A stretch of DNA of 64,000 bases. Source: Cycas panzhihuaensis (taxonomy: Eukaryota; Plantae; Cycadophyta). The translations under genes were made by a program, and so were the position numbers. The DNA is taken from contig CM041465.1 in assembly GCA_023213395.1 (NCBI GenBank), forward strand, positions 223,827,741 through 223,891,740, given 5' to 3'. Positions 1 to 11,100 of the stretch are shown here, in pieces; position 1 is the first letter of the stretch, and each line of letters begins with the position of its first letter. Below the pieces are notes generated by a model. It was given only the letters and a program-made list of their open reading frames with translations, searched no databases and was not told where the DNA came from.

Positions 1-265
1 ATGAGATATTTGTGGCATACAACTTTGATCTTACATAGCAGGGTTACCATCAAATCAGAGCTCAGCTTACAATACTTAGCCTTCTTTCACTTGCAAGACA
101 CTTTTACATAGGTAAAATAAAACAAACAAGCATAAAAAGTAATCAATGGTGAACTAAAATCAAGAACAAATTAGAATGGACCAAAATATAAATAGTATAA
201 GGGGGTCTTGCCCTAATTCTTGGTCAATATGAGATATTTGTGGCATACGACTTTGATCTTATATA
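1..265. repeat. Direct repeat of about 37 bp (1-37 and 229-265), possibly within an LTR ending ttccaaca at 274
   Basis: atgagatatttgtggcatac(a/g)actttgatctta occurs twice, 228 bp apart. Confidence 0.6.
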
Positions 266-826
266 TTTCCAACAATAATTTGTCTCTAACTTCTACTTTA
301 AAAGTGGAAGCTAAATGAAATAAGTGAGTGACCAAAACACTCTATAGAAATGTCGATAATATTCTGGAAACATAACACTATAATTTGTTGCCTCCCTTTC
401 TATGTGAAAATGTGGGGTATTTATAGATGTCATGGGTTGCTAAATGAATAGTATTTGGCCCATGGTTTGGATGAAACCATACGATAAAACCATGGGTAAA
501 TTACTCATGGATTTGATTAAATCAAGAAAAATTATTAAAAATAAAGTCATTAGAAAGAAAAAAATAGATTCTCTCAAGAATTTTAGCATTCGTCAAGTTA
601 GAAATGTAATTCAACATATTAATTACAGTTTGAAATATATGTTTTTATTTTTCTATTCGTGAATTATCATCGCATGAAATTTTCAATGATACTATGAAAT
701 TATATTTTATGATATCATGGTGAACTTTGTAATACCATAAAGTTCATCTAAGATAAGACAGACTATAGGACAATCACATTTCAACATAAGATGGTCTAAA
801 ATCAAGGCTAGATAGGCATATATTAT

Positions 827-1031
827 TGTTAGAATATAATGTTTAATGTAAGAGTCATATGTTTAATATGAAAGTTATTATGAATTGTAATTAAAGAGTG
901 TTTAGTGAGCAATTACATGGTTGGGTTGTTAAGTAATTATATAACCATTGACAACCGTAAACCATGAGTTGTATATGTACACAATCAATAATTATTTTTA
1001 TTTTTTTATCGAAGTGTACATTTTTCTTATA
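827..1031 (+). repeat. 5' LTR of the gene-capturing element
   Basis: Starts TGTTAG. Its 3' end matches the LTR at 4224-4302, and it is followed by PBS-like gagtatcatagcagagcaggtt. Confidence 0.7.
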
Positions 1032-1697
1032 GAGTATCATAGCAGAGCAGGTTTGAGAGCCAGCGATGATCATACTTCTTGAGATATCACTTCTCAAACC
1101 TGGATGTGTTAGAATGTAGAACATCTAAATGAAGGTGGAACTTGCATGCTCTAAGACAGGAAGAACCTATGTGCATCATCGTACATTAGATCACCGAAAG
1201 GCACTGACAGTAGTAGCAGGCCATGGTTGGTCTTCAAACCATTACATTGAGGGCACGTGAATCCTAGCTGTACTCATTTTTAACAGAAACATCACTTTTC
1301 ACAAAGTTTTGCAAAGTTGCATTTGCTTATTTTGGTTGCTGTTTGTAGTGAACACGAGCTATTCTAGCGAATTCATACTGTTAACTGCGATAGAGGTTGG
1401 TGATGAGAACATATGAACATTGTCAGAATTTTGTTTAAATTTAGTTAATTGGGATAGCAAGATTTGTAGAGAGAGGCCTTCTAAGAATTTGTGCCGATTT
1501 AAAATGAATTGATTTGAATTTTGCGAGATCGGTGAAGAGCAGGATTGTTCAGAATTGGCGAGCATCCAAAACTATTTATTCACAAATATTAAAATCTGTG
1601 GCAATGGGCTTCTTATCAACTCTGTAGAAGGACAACCTTCAGAACCTATGCTGCTTCCAAAGAATGGAGCAACGAGTGGGTGGCTTGCTCACGGTGT

Positions 1698-2677
1698 ATC
1701 GCTATAGGCTGTATTTACACTGAAGCAAAAGCTATCCGCGGGAGCCTACTGCACATGTCCCAATAAGAACTGTTAGGCAATTTCTAGAGAAACACAAGAA
1801 TCACTGTTGTTATTTTCTACAACACAGTTAGAGCATCTGATACAGAAATATACAAAAGATTGCTTCCGCTATACTTTTCCAGGATAAGCATGAAGAGGAA
1901 ATTGCAACGGCAAAACCGCCTGCAGATGTGGAGGATGAAAATGGAGAAACAACTATCGATGAGGGTAAAATCAGAATCACTGCTTTACCTCTAGCTTCAG
2001 TTGCCCCTTCCAAGGTTCGGTTAACATCTGAAGATGCGTCTGTTAATAGTTTTGAACTTACAATCAAAAGGAATTCTTCTCATCTCGATTCATTGATTGA
2101 CCCGTCCTTTATGTCTTTGAGTAAAGATCCCGATCAAAGGCGTAAGGAGCAGTGGGAGAAAGTTGCAGAGGCACAAGCTGGTTGGAGTTCTGCTAAATGG
2201 GTCGGCCTGGGTGATATTGGTGGCCCCCCTTTGTCTGCTGCAGAGGAGTATTCAGTTCGTGGTAGATATCTTGCAAGGGCCAATGCTTTGAATCTTAAAG
2301 ACGTTGTAAGAGATGAAGATAATATATCATTGCAGCGTGGGTAATGAGGGACGACAGTTATGGTTGTGGGTAGGGCTCTTTTATTTGTTACAATGCCCTG
2401 ATTGGAGCGCTTTGTCCTTTATGTAGTGAAGGAATTTGAACCTTTGATATAAAAACCTTACGCTATTGGGTACTTCCACTGGGTAGCAACGTTACAAATG
2501 CAAGCTGACTTGAGATGAATGAAACGTTTACAACAAATACTTGGTCATAAGCACCAGAGTAGTTTACATGCTATATATGTGCTCCACCCAACACTTGGGT
2601 TAAAAGCATTAATTTTAGCTCTATAACTACTTGTGGATGTTGAGGTGTGGAGAAAAGTGGTGTATGTGGAGCAGCTG
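1698..2677 (+). pseudogene. GDAP2: Intronless retrocopy fragment of the plant GDAP2 homolog (macro/Appr-1-p domain C-terminal part plus CRAL-TRIO/BCH domain)
   Basis: Translates to IAIGCIYTEAK-YPREPTAHVPIRTVRQFLEK...SDTEIYKRLLPLYF-RDKHEEE...DENGETTIDE...DPDQRRKEQWEK...GGPPLSAAEEYS...ERFVLYVVKEFEPL...LHAIYVLHPTLGLKA...EVWRKVVYVEQL. It is contiguous with no introns and has several frameshifts. It includes ORF 1928-2344. Confidence 0.92.
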
Positions 2678-3265
2678 ATAGAGTTCTTACAATGAGTTTA
2701 TATCATGCAAAGGAGCTTGTTTTTGGAGAAGAGAGGGGAGTGGAACTAGAATAGATCATCCATAAGATTGGCATTGTAGGAATAGTCAATGGAATGGATG
2801 TCCAAGAATGGGATCCTTCATCAGATAAATTTATTGAAGTGAACTACGATGCCACAACTATTGTAGAGGCAAAACCTACCTTGAAGGAAACATCATACGT
2901 TGAAGTTCGACTACTTGTGGATTCAGATATTCTTGTCATAGATTTTATTGGGAGATTGGAAGAATAGAGAGGCTCAAACACTCTTATTGACACAATGTTT
3001 GGATTTTTAGATGAAGATGGGTAGTTAATTATTCTTAGCACAAGGAGAAATACTTAAAGGAGTTGAGGAGATTGAAACTAAATATCTAGACAAAGTTAGA
3101 GGAGTAACAAAATTTAACGTGCTACTTGATCATATGATAATGGTTGGAGTTGATTTCATGTTAATTCCTAGCAAGTTTGAGCCATGTGATCTCATCCAAT
3201 TGCACGCTATGTGCTATGGCATGGTTCCAATAGTTGCTTCAACTGGTGGGTTAGTGGATATTGTA
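2671..3265 (+). pseudogene. GBSS: Intronless retrocopy fragment of granule-bound starch synthase (GT5 C-terminal half)
   Basis: ADRVLT...[36 protein letters not shown]...FIGRLEE*RGS...[39 protein letters not shown]. It spans a region that normally has several introns and has premature stops and frameshifts. Confidence 0.93.
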
Positions 3266-3416
3266 ATTTTGGCTTGAATTCAACTTTTGGGTAAATCTTG
3301 GTCCAATGAACGGGTAGTGATGTAAGGTCATCCATAAGTTGAGGTTCATGTTAGAACTAGACATTCAGGCTCCTCGGGTCTATAATCCATTTGCCAATGC
3401 AAATGTTGACAATTCA
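3266..3416 (+). pseudogene. SUI1: Captured 5' UTR and N-terminal fragment of translation initiation factor eIF1/SUI1
   Basis: ATG at 3348 gives MLELDIQAPRVYNPFANANVDNS, compared with the remembered plant SUI1 N-terminus MSDLDIQIPTAFDPFAEANAEDS. The start context ttcATGt (U at -3 and +4) is the poor context typical of eIF1 genes. Confidence 0.75.
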
Positions 3417-4223
3417 CAATAATATAACCCTATTTATTGAAGAAAAGATTATTAACATTGGATAAGATTGATTTATGAGTTTGAGCATATATCATAAAGA
3501 CTAAAGTCAGGTAAGTGAAGATAATTTATGAAATTTGAAAATTAAAATCATCACAATAAAGAAACTAATGTTAGTCCTCCATGTTTTATAAGAGTTTTGT
3601 ATTTGATTATGGCAGTTGTATTACTGCTTGAATGTATACCTTTGTAGTAAATATATAAAAAATGTAGTAGTTAATTGTTGTAGTATGTATGCTTTATAAG
3701 AACTTATAATGATGGTTGTTTCGACCAAAGAGCCAATGATGATATGTTTGTAACCAAATTTTGGTCAATGTTGGTGTTGAGAATCTTATATGACAAAATG
3801 CGAGATTGACACATGTTGTTAAACATTACTAGTCAAATAACATAACTTATTCCCGAATGTCTAGTTTTTTGGTATCTGTCTAGTCAGATAATTCGACCTG
3901 CTCCTAAGATATACATCAGTATATTAAATTGTTAAACGGGTTGAAATGTAACCCAGACAAAGATTTATTTAATATTCATGAATCATGTATATGAAGATAT
4001 TACCTAAATAACTAAAGGACACAGAGGTTGGTTACCTATGTGATCAAGTGAATGGTGATATCTTTATATGGACGTTAGTAATATTTTTAAATGAAGCATG
4101 TGTATAAGCACACTAAGTTATATAGATTGATGGTGAAGCATTACAAGAACATAGGTTGTGTTGGGTATAGTTTTTTTATTATAAGAAATTAATCATTATA
4201 GGCAACAAGGAGTTGGGGGGGGT

Positions 4224-4302
4224 TGTTAGAATATATACATTTGACTATTTAATAGATAAGTTAGTTATTTATTTTTTTATTAAGCATGTACATTTTCCTA
4301 CA
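4224..4302 (+). repeat. 3' LTR (internally deleted) of the gene-capturing element
   Basis: Follows the PPT, has TG...CA ends, and is followed by TSD ATTAT. Confidence 0.7.
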
Positions 4303-5119
4303 ATTATAATGAGATGGAAAAATATGCATATAAAATTGATGATTTTAATGATAAAAGCATCAAAGAGAGTAAAACAAGCATGAAATCATTACATATAAGA
4401 GTAAAAGAAGGGCAAGAAGTATCAACAAAGGTACTAAAAAGTAGAAAGTCTTTTTTTAGTTTATTGAGCTTGGTGGACAATCTTTTAAAGCCACTAACAA
4501 TAGTCAAAGTCATCATAGGCTAATAACACACATATCCATTCACCAAAGTAATAGGCAAATGTTAACATAATTTATAAAAGAACTAAACTAAACTAAAATT
4601 AAAATGAAAAATAAAAAACATGTACCTTCACTTACCTATTGACAAGAGATGAGTGTAGATTTTCTAGATTATGGAAAATATGGGCTTTTCTTAACAACTT
4701 TTAAAAATTCTTGTGGGTCTCTTTATAGTTCCACTTAAGAGAAGGGTTGTACATCTCCTCAACCCCTATTGCATAGTGCATTAATAGTGGGTCAACTCTA
4801 TTCTGATGACCCATTCTATATGTATGGGTGTGATAGTTTTTGCAGATGTTATTCTTGCTATAAGGGAGTTGGTAAAATGCAATTAAGTATAGACAATAAT
4901 GAGGTACGACTATGATACTGCACATAAGTAATACTAAGCAAAATGCAAATCTACCTCTAGTTAGTCACGCTAAGTAACTTACATTAAAGAAATAAACAAG
5001 GTCATACAAGCAACCCTATTAAAAGAAATAAGTAAACTAAAGGAACTAAGCACTAAGTACACTTGATTTTTCTCTTTGTAATGACATGCACCTAAATAAT
5101 AATTAAAATAAGCAAGATT

Positions 5120-8100
5120 TATTGGGATTAATGTTCCTCATCCCACTTCCACCTTAGAAACATATGAGTGCACATATATTAATGGTAAGTTAGGTGAATT
5201 TATTTTAATGTTAAGTTATGCATCATTTTATATTTATTTAAATTTTAGAGGTTGAGGAGGTTTCTTTCCTCTTTCACAACTATATATTTTATAGGGTTCT
5301 AAACCCTGGTGTTCTTTAACACCACCTATTTTGGAATATTTATATACTCATCAACTATATCTTGAATATAATGATGTATTATGAATGCATTTTTTAATAT
5401 GGATTGAGATCAATGTTTACCTACTTCACTTTGCTCTCTGCTATATTTCTAATATTTGGTATCAGAGCGAGCGTTATTTAGATCCAGGAGTCTCACAACA
5501 ACTTGTTACGTTTATTTTTGGTATGTGAATGATATTATTTGTCGATGGTATTTAAACTATAGGAAAAATCATTTATATTATGTTCATTTTTTTTTTTTGA
5601 ACCATTCATAGCTAGTTTAGAACTAGTGATTGTAGCTTCTACGTTGCTTAGAACTATTGCACATGACTACTCGTTCTGTTCGCAATTAAATTCTCTAGTC
5701 ATTAGAAGAAACTATACTTGATTTCGTTATATGTTCTCAGAGAAATCTCATTCGAAGTCACAATATACCAATTTTTTAATATTTTTACTCTGTTGCTTCA
5801 TTCTAAGCCTACAAACGATTATTTATCACGAAATTTCACCAACACCTTGCTATTTGGCATACCTAAGTACCCTTGAAATCTTGTGAGAAATTGTACCCTA
5901 TGTGGAGAGTTTGAGTTAAGTGAACCTCCTCGCCTAGGTTTCTCATCATTTTTCTTTGTTTTCTTAACTTATATAAAGTATTTAAAAAAAAAAAATTATA
6001 AATAGAGTTCATATAATTAGGTGCCCCTCACCTATGTGTAAGCTTGAAGAATTTTTATCACTTTTTAGTGCTTATTCCGCTTAAATTTGGCCTATGTTCC
6101 TTTATTTGACCGTTGTTCGACTTTCTATGTCATTATCTACGTCTTCAAAAATGCAATTAAAATCATTGTTCTCTCCATTTTTTTAGTCGATTGACTTTTC
6201 CATTGTTGGTATCCCTCATCAGACTCCAAGATTGAAGCTTTCTGATCTGGGTTTGGTGATCATTTAGCTTGTAAATCTCCTCTATGTCGTTCACGGCGAG
6301 TCGCACAGATTATGATTTTTTAATCATATTTTCATATTGATTTACTAATATTTATTTGATTAATATACTAAAGTTTGATTAAATTTAATCATTGTTAATA
6401 TTTTTTTAGATCCAAAGTTTATAAAGGATTTTATCCCCCTTCATTTGGCCCCCAGTCTCCTTTTTCATCCAAGTGGCCTCATATTTTCAAGTTTTATTAA
6501 GAGGTACTTTTTATTTTTAAAGATTTTTTTTACTTTGACTCTTTTTTAGAGTTAACAAGCCTATTCCAAGTTGCTTGAGCTCTGTAGCCCTCTTAGAGAC
6601 TAAGCTGTGGTTTAAAATTGCTTCATGTATTTATGCTCCCCATTTTTAAAAAGGGGTTTATTTACTTTATTAAGATTTTTCATTGTATTTTCACCTAAAG
6701 AGAACTTATCACATTTTTCATTATAACTTACCCTAGAGTATTAATTTTAGCGAAACTAGTCTTGTTATAATTGTATTTCAGAGATCTTCAATGTGGTATT
6801 ATCACTTGACTAATTTGAGTCTATTTTGGCTAAGTTTTACTAAATCAAAGTGATAACCTTTTTCAACATTTATTCTATTAGCTATAAAGAGGTTTGATCA
6901 CAGTTTTTTTAATAACTTGACTATTTTAGCTCTAATTTCAGAATCGTAAGAAAGTTGTTTCAGAGCACTTCATGTTGGAATTAATTTCATTGTGTTTTGA
7001 CATCATTTTGTAGGACTTTAAAGCTACTCAAGTTGAGGTTTTAGTTTAACCCTAAATAAACTTATTTAGTAATATTTTTTTAAGTATTTCTTCATTTCAA
7101 ACAATTATATTTAAGCATTATGTAATACTAATTAGTCTCTTAAAGTTATTGTTGGCCTTTCATATATAATAGAAGCTATTTTGTAGCCAATTGATATTAG
7201 TTTTAGCTCTTTAAGCTTTAAGAAACCAAAGTGCAACAAAACATTAAACAGGTAATATTTACCTTGATTCTATTTCACTTTTTGCATTATCAAATAAATA
7301 TAAACAATTTCTTGATATTTTTAATCACTTTAAGTATAGTTTCTATTAAAAAATTACAAGTTTTATATAGATATTTTTATTTTTATAAAGATGCACATTG
7401 GCATTCAAATATAATATCTTTGACTTACATATTAATCAAGAAGTCATTTTATTCTTTATCAAAGGATTTTTTTTTTTTTTCAACTTAAATTTTTTAAAAG
7501 CTTGTTTCAAAGTTCATTGATTAGTTATTTACCTCAAAGGTTCAATCCAAAATTTAGAAAGTTAATTGACATTCAAGTATTAAGGGCAAAAGAGCATATA
7601 ACTTCTTCTTTTTCCTACAAAAATATATAAATTTAAAAGCATTAGATTACATACTAGCATATGTTTCTTAGTTCATTTAAGGAAGAAGAGCATCCTTGAT
7701 TCTTCTACTTATTTATTGTGATTTAATGTAAAAATTTTGTATCATATTTTTATTTGAGATATATATTTTGTCTTGCTTAAAAGATTTATTTTAAGTTATT
7801 TATATTTCTTGAATAAAAGAAATCTTAGAAAAGCTAAACAAGACCACATTCAAATTAAAATTTACTTTCATATTAAGAAAGATAATTTCTAAATTAATCA
7901 CATCTTTTTCAGCCTTATAAGAGGAACAAGTAGGACCCCTAAAGTTATTACCACACACATGCTAATTGGCCTACTCATATTGGATGAGGAAAGATATTGG
8001 CTATAAAATGTATTAGGTGGCAAGATGAGATAGAGAACCAATTTTTATCAGAGTTTAGAAACTAATGATAGACCTAGAGAGGGTGAGTGCCTTGGTTGGT

Positions 8101-11100
8101 TTAATCTTCACCGCTAAATCTATCATTAGGCATAAGTCTGACACAAGTGGACCAACAACTTAGGGGGGTGTAACAACCTTCGTAGCAACCCATGTACTAA
8201 GGTATATCAAGCTTTGAGCTCACATACTAGTATATTGGGTCCCTATTTTTCCACTTATGGGCAGGCGCCACTAGACAAAATAACAACTAAAGATTTCCCT
8301 TGGAGACCCTTGGACTTAGAGCCTAGAAGCCTTATTAAGGACTATGACACTTTGAAAACCTTGGGCAAACTTTAAACATTATTTCTTGGGTTAAATTTCA
8401 AACTCAAACATTTGAAAACCTTACTTTATCTATTGTTCTTTTAAAACCTTAGTTAAAAGATGGCATCTAACTTTGAAAACATGATAATCCCTAAATTTGA
8501 TGGTAATAATTTTCTAAAGTAGAGTAGGAGAATGAGACCCATCCTCATTGCTAATACCATATGAGAGATTATGAAACAAGCTATAGTGAGTTAGGACAAA
8601 ATGCTACTGATGTTGAAAATATAACATACAAAGAAAATATTAAAAAGGACAATGAAGCACTTACCCTTATATTCTGTGCATTAAAAGATCATATCTTCCC
8701 ATGGGTTAGTGAGTCAACTAAATCAAAAGAAGCATGGGATATCCTCCAATTAATTTATGAAGGAGTTGTATCATCTAAGCTTCAAAACCTTAGGAGCAAA
8801 TTCAAAAATTTATGAATGATACCAACAGAATCTATAATAGAGTTCATGACTAAAGTCTAAGATATAATAAACCACATGTGATTACTTGGAGATACATTGA
8901 TAGAATAAAGAGTAGTGGAAAGAATATTAAGATGTGTATGTGTTGTCAAAAGGTTTGAAATAGTAGCGATAAGTATAGGGTTTTTTAAAGATCTAATCAC
9001 GTTAAAGGTGGAATCATTAAGTGTTATGTTGATTTCGATTAAAAAGTAATAGAATATAAACGGATCTCTTGAACATGCATTTACTACCAAGGCCAAGATT
9101 TAATCTCGCGCTCAAGTAGGTACATCAAAATCTAGAGAATCACCTCTTAAGAGAAGGGATAAAAATCTAAGAAGGGATTTGCAATAAGATCCACTTAAGT
9201 ACCAAGCTCCATATCAAAGGAGACAAGGAGGAAACCAATGAAATGTGAATCCTCCTAGGTATCCAAATTAAGAAACACAACCTAAGGGACACTCGTGTTG
9301 TCCTAATTGCCAAGGAAATGTCCAAGCCACAAGATCAAATCAAGGTTACTACAACAATAGATAAAGGAAAAATCCAGTTCCATATTATGAGGAAAGAGGA
9401 AGACCTTTCCACATTGAAAGAACTCATCCAAGAAGTCAAAGTCTAAGTTATGGGAGCAGAGAATGCCTATATTACTCCTATCATCATCATAGTGGTCACA
9501 CGGAAGATAAATATTTTTTAAAATATGGACAAAGGGAGTGCAAATACCACTATAGAAATAAGGGATAATAATAGACTATTCTTATCTAGTTTTAGTGCCA
9601 AAGAAGAAGAGGATAATAATTAGTATGTTGACTTAGTTTGCTTGACCTACATAACTTATAAGGAATATCTATTTCATACCTTGGACAAAAGCAAAAGAGG
9701 TTCAATAATGTTTGGAGATGATATGTTCTATGAATCATTTGGTAGATGTAACATAGCTCTCATGATAGATATAGAAGAGTATAGATACCTTGATGATGTA
9801 TTGTATGTTCTTGCCTTAAAGAAAAATCTATTATCAATAGGACAGAGGATGGGATATGCTTACAAGGTTATCTTTGACAATGGTGAGTGTATAATCAAGG
9901 ATAAAAAGAGAAACAAAGCTATTGTTGTAAAAGGCAAAATAACTAAAGATGGACTATTTAAACTTGTCCTTACTCCATGAGATACCTATGTCTTAAGAAC
10001 TACAATCAAAGTAGATAGTGACTTATGGCATACGAGATTTAGCCACCTTAACTATAGTAGTTTGGCCCTAATGAAAAGAATGGACATGGTTAATGGGTTT
10101 CCTAATATTAAAGAAGATAAAACTTTATGTGAATAATGCCTACTTAGTAAACAACATAAGGAAAGCTTTTCAGATTTTAATCATTGGGCAACTGGTCCAC
10201 TTCAGCTAGTCTATATAGATATTTGTGGTCCTATGGATGTCCCCTTATTAGCAAGAGCATATTATTTCATTATGTTCATTGATGATTACATTATGAAGAT
10301 ATGGATATTTTTCCTTAAATTTAAATAAGATGCATTTCAACAATTTGTTAACTTTAAAATCTTTGTGGAGCGACAAAGTGGGTACAAACTACTCTCTCTA
10401 AGATCTGACAATTAGAGAGAATTTATCTCTAATGAATTTAAAGCATATTATGTGCATCATCGGATCATAAGGCAGCTCATAAATTCCCACACCTCATAAT
10501 AAAATGGTATAGCAGAAAGGAAGAATCACACAATTGTTAAAATGACAAGGTACATATTGAAGGATAAAAACTTGGGCCATGAGCTTTGGGTAGAAGCAAT
10601 TCATACATCTGTCTATCTTCTTAATAGGTGCTCCACCAAAGCCCTAAGGTAGAAGACACCTGAGGAAGCTTAGACCGACTATAAGTTAAACATGCATTAC
10701 TTAAGAGTCTTTGGGTGTCTAGTGTATGCACATGTTCCTAATCAAAGGAGATCTAAGTTGGATGACCATAATATCAAGTGTATATTTCTTGGCTATAGTA
10801 AAACTTATAAATCATAAAGTTTATGATCCTAAGTCAAATAGGGTTATGTTGAGCAGAAATGTTAAATTTTAGGAAGATTCTTGTTATCAAGATACTTAAG
10901 AAAAGAGGAAAGAAGTAGTAATCAATTTTAATAAGTCTACCAAATCAAAGTGCGTGCCTCTTATGTTTGACTTTAGACAAGTCGTCAATGAACCTAGTGG
11001 GGAGGGAACCTCCTCTCAACCTCCACCATAAAATCTTCCAAAATAGGTTCAACGAAATCATGATATAGGCAATATCTTGGATAACAATTAAAGATCCACT

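Larger units (their letters stand above)
827..4302 (+). mobile_element. Non-autonomous Copia-derived LTR retroelement carrying captured host mRNA fragments
   Basis: Both LTRs begin TGTTAGAATATA (827 and 4224). They end in related sequence: ...tttttttatcgaagtgtacatttttcttata (1031) and ...tttttttattaagcatgtacattttcctaca (4302). TSD ATTAT at 822-826 and 4303-4307. Decayed iMet PBS at 1032-1053, G-rich PPT at 4207-4222, and a Copia RT remnant (YMDVSNIF, like QMDVKNAF) near 4065-4090. Confidence 0.8.

Noticed and set aside
1928-2344. 138-aa ORF as a functional gene
   Set aside because: It starts at an internal GTG, is bounded by frameshifts, and is part of the GDAP2 retro-fragment.
3356-3866. 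15-bp inverted repeat (aactagacattcagg / cccgaatgtctagtt) suggesting a MITE
   Set aside because: There is no TSD, and the left arm is part of the eIF1 coding fragment.
4700-4925. Minus-strand peptide FYQLPYSKNNICKN resembling a CACTA transposase
   Set aside because: Too short and degenerate to call without a search.
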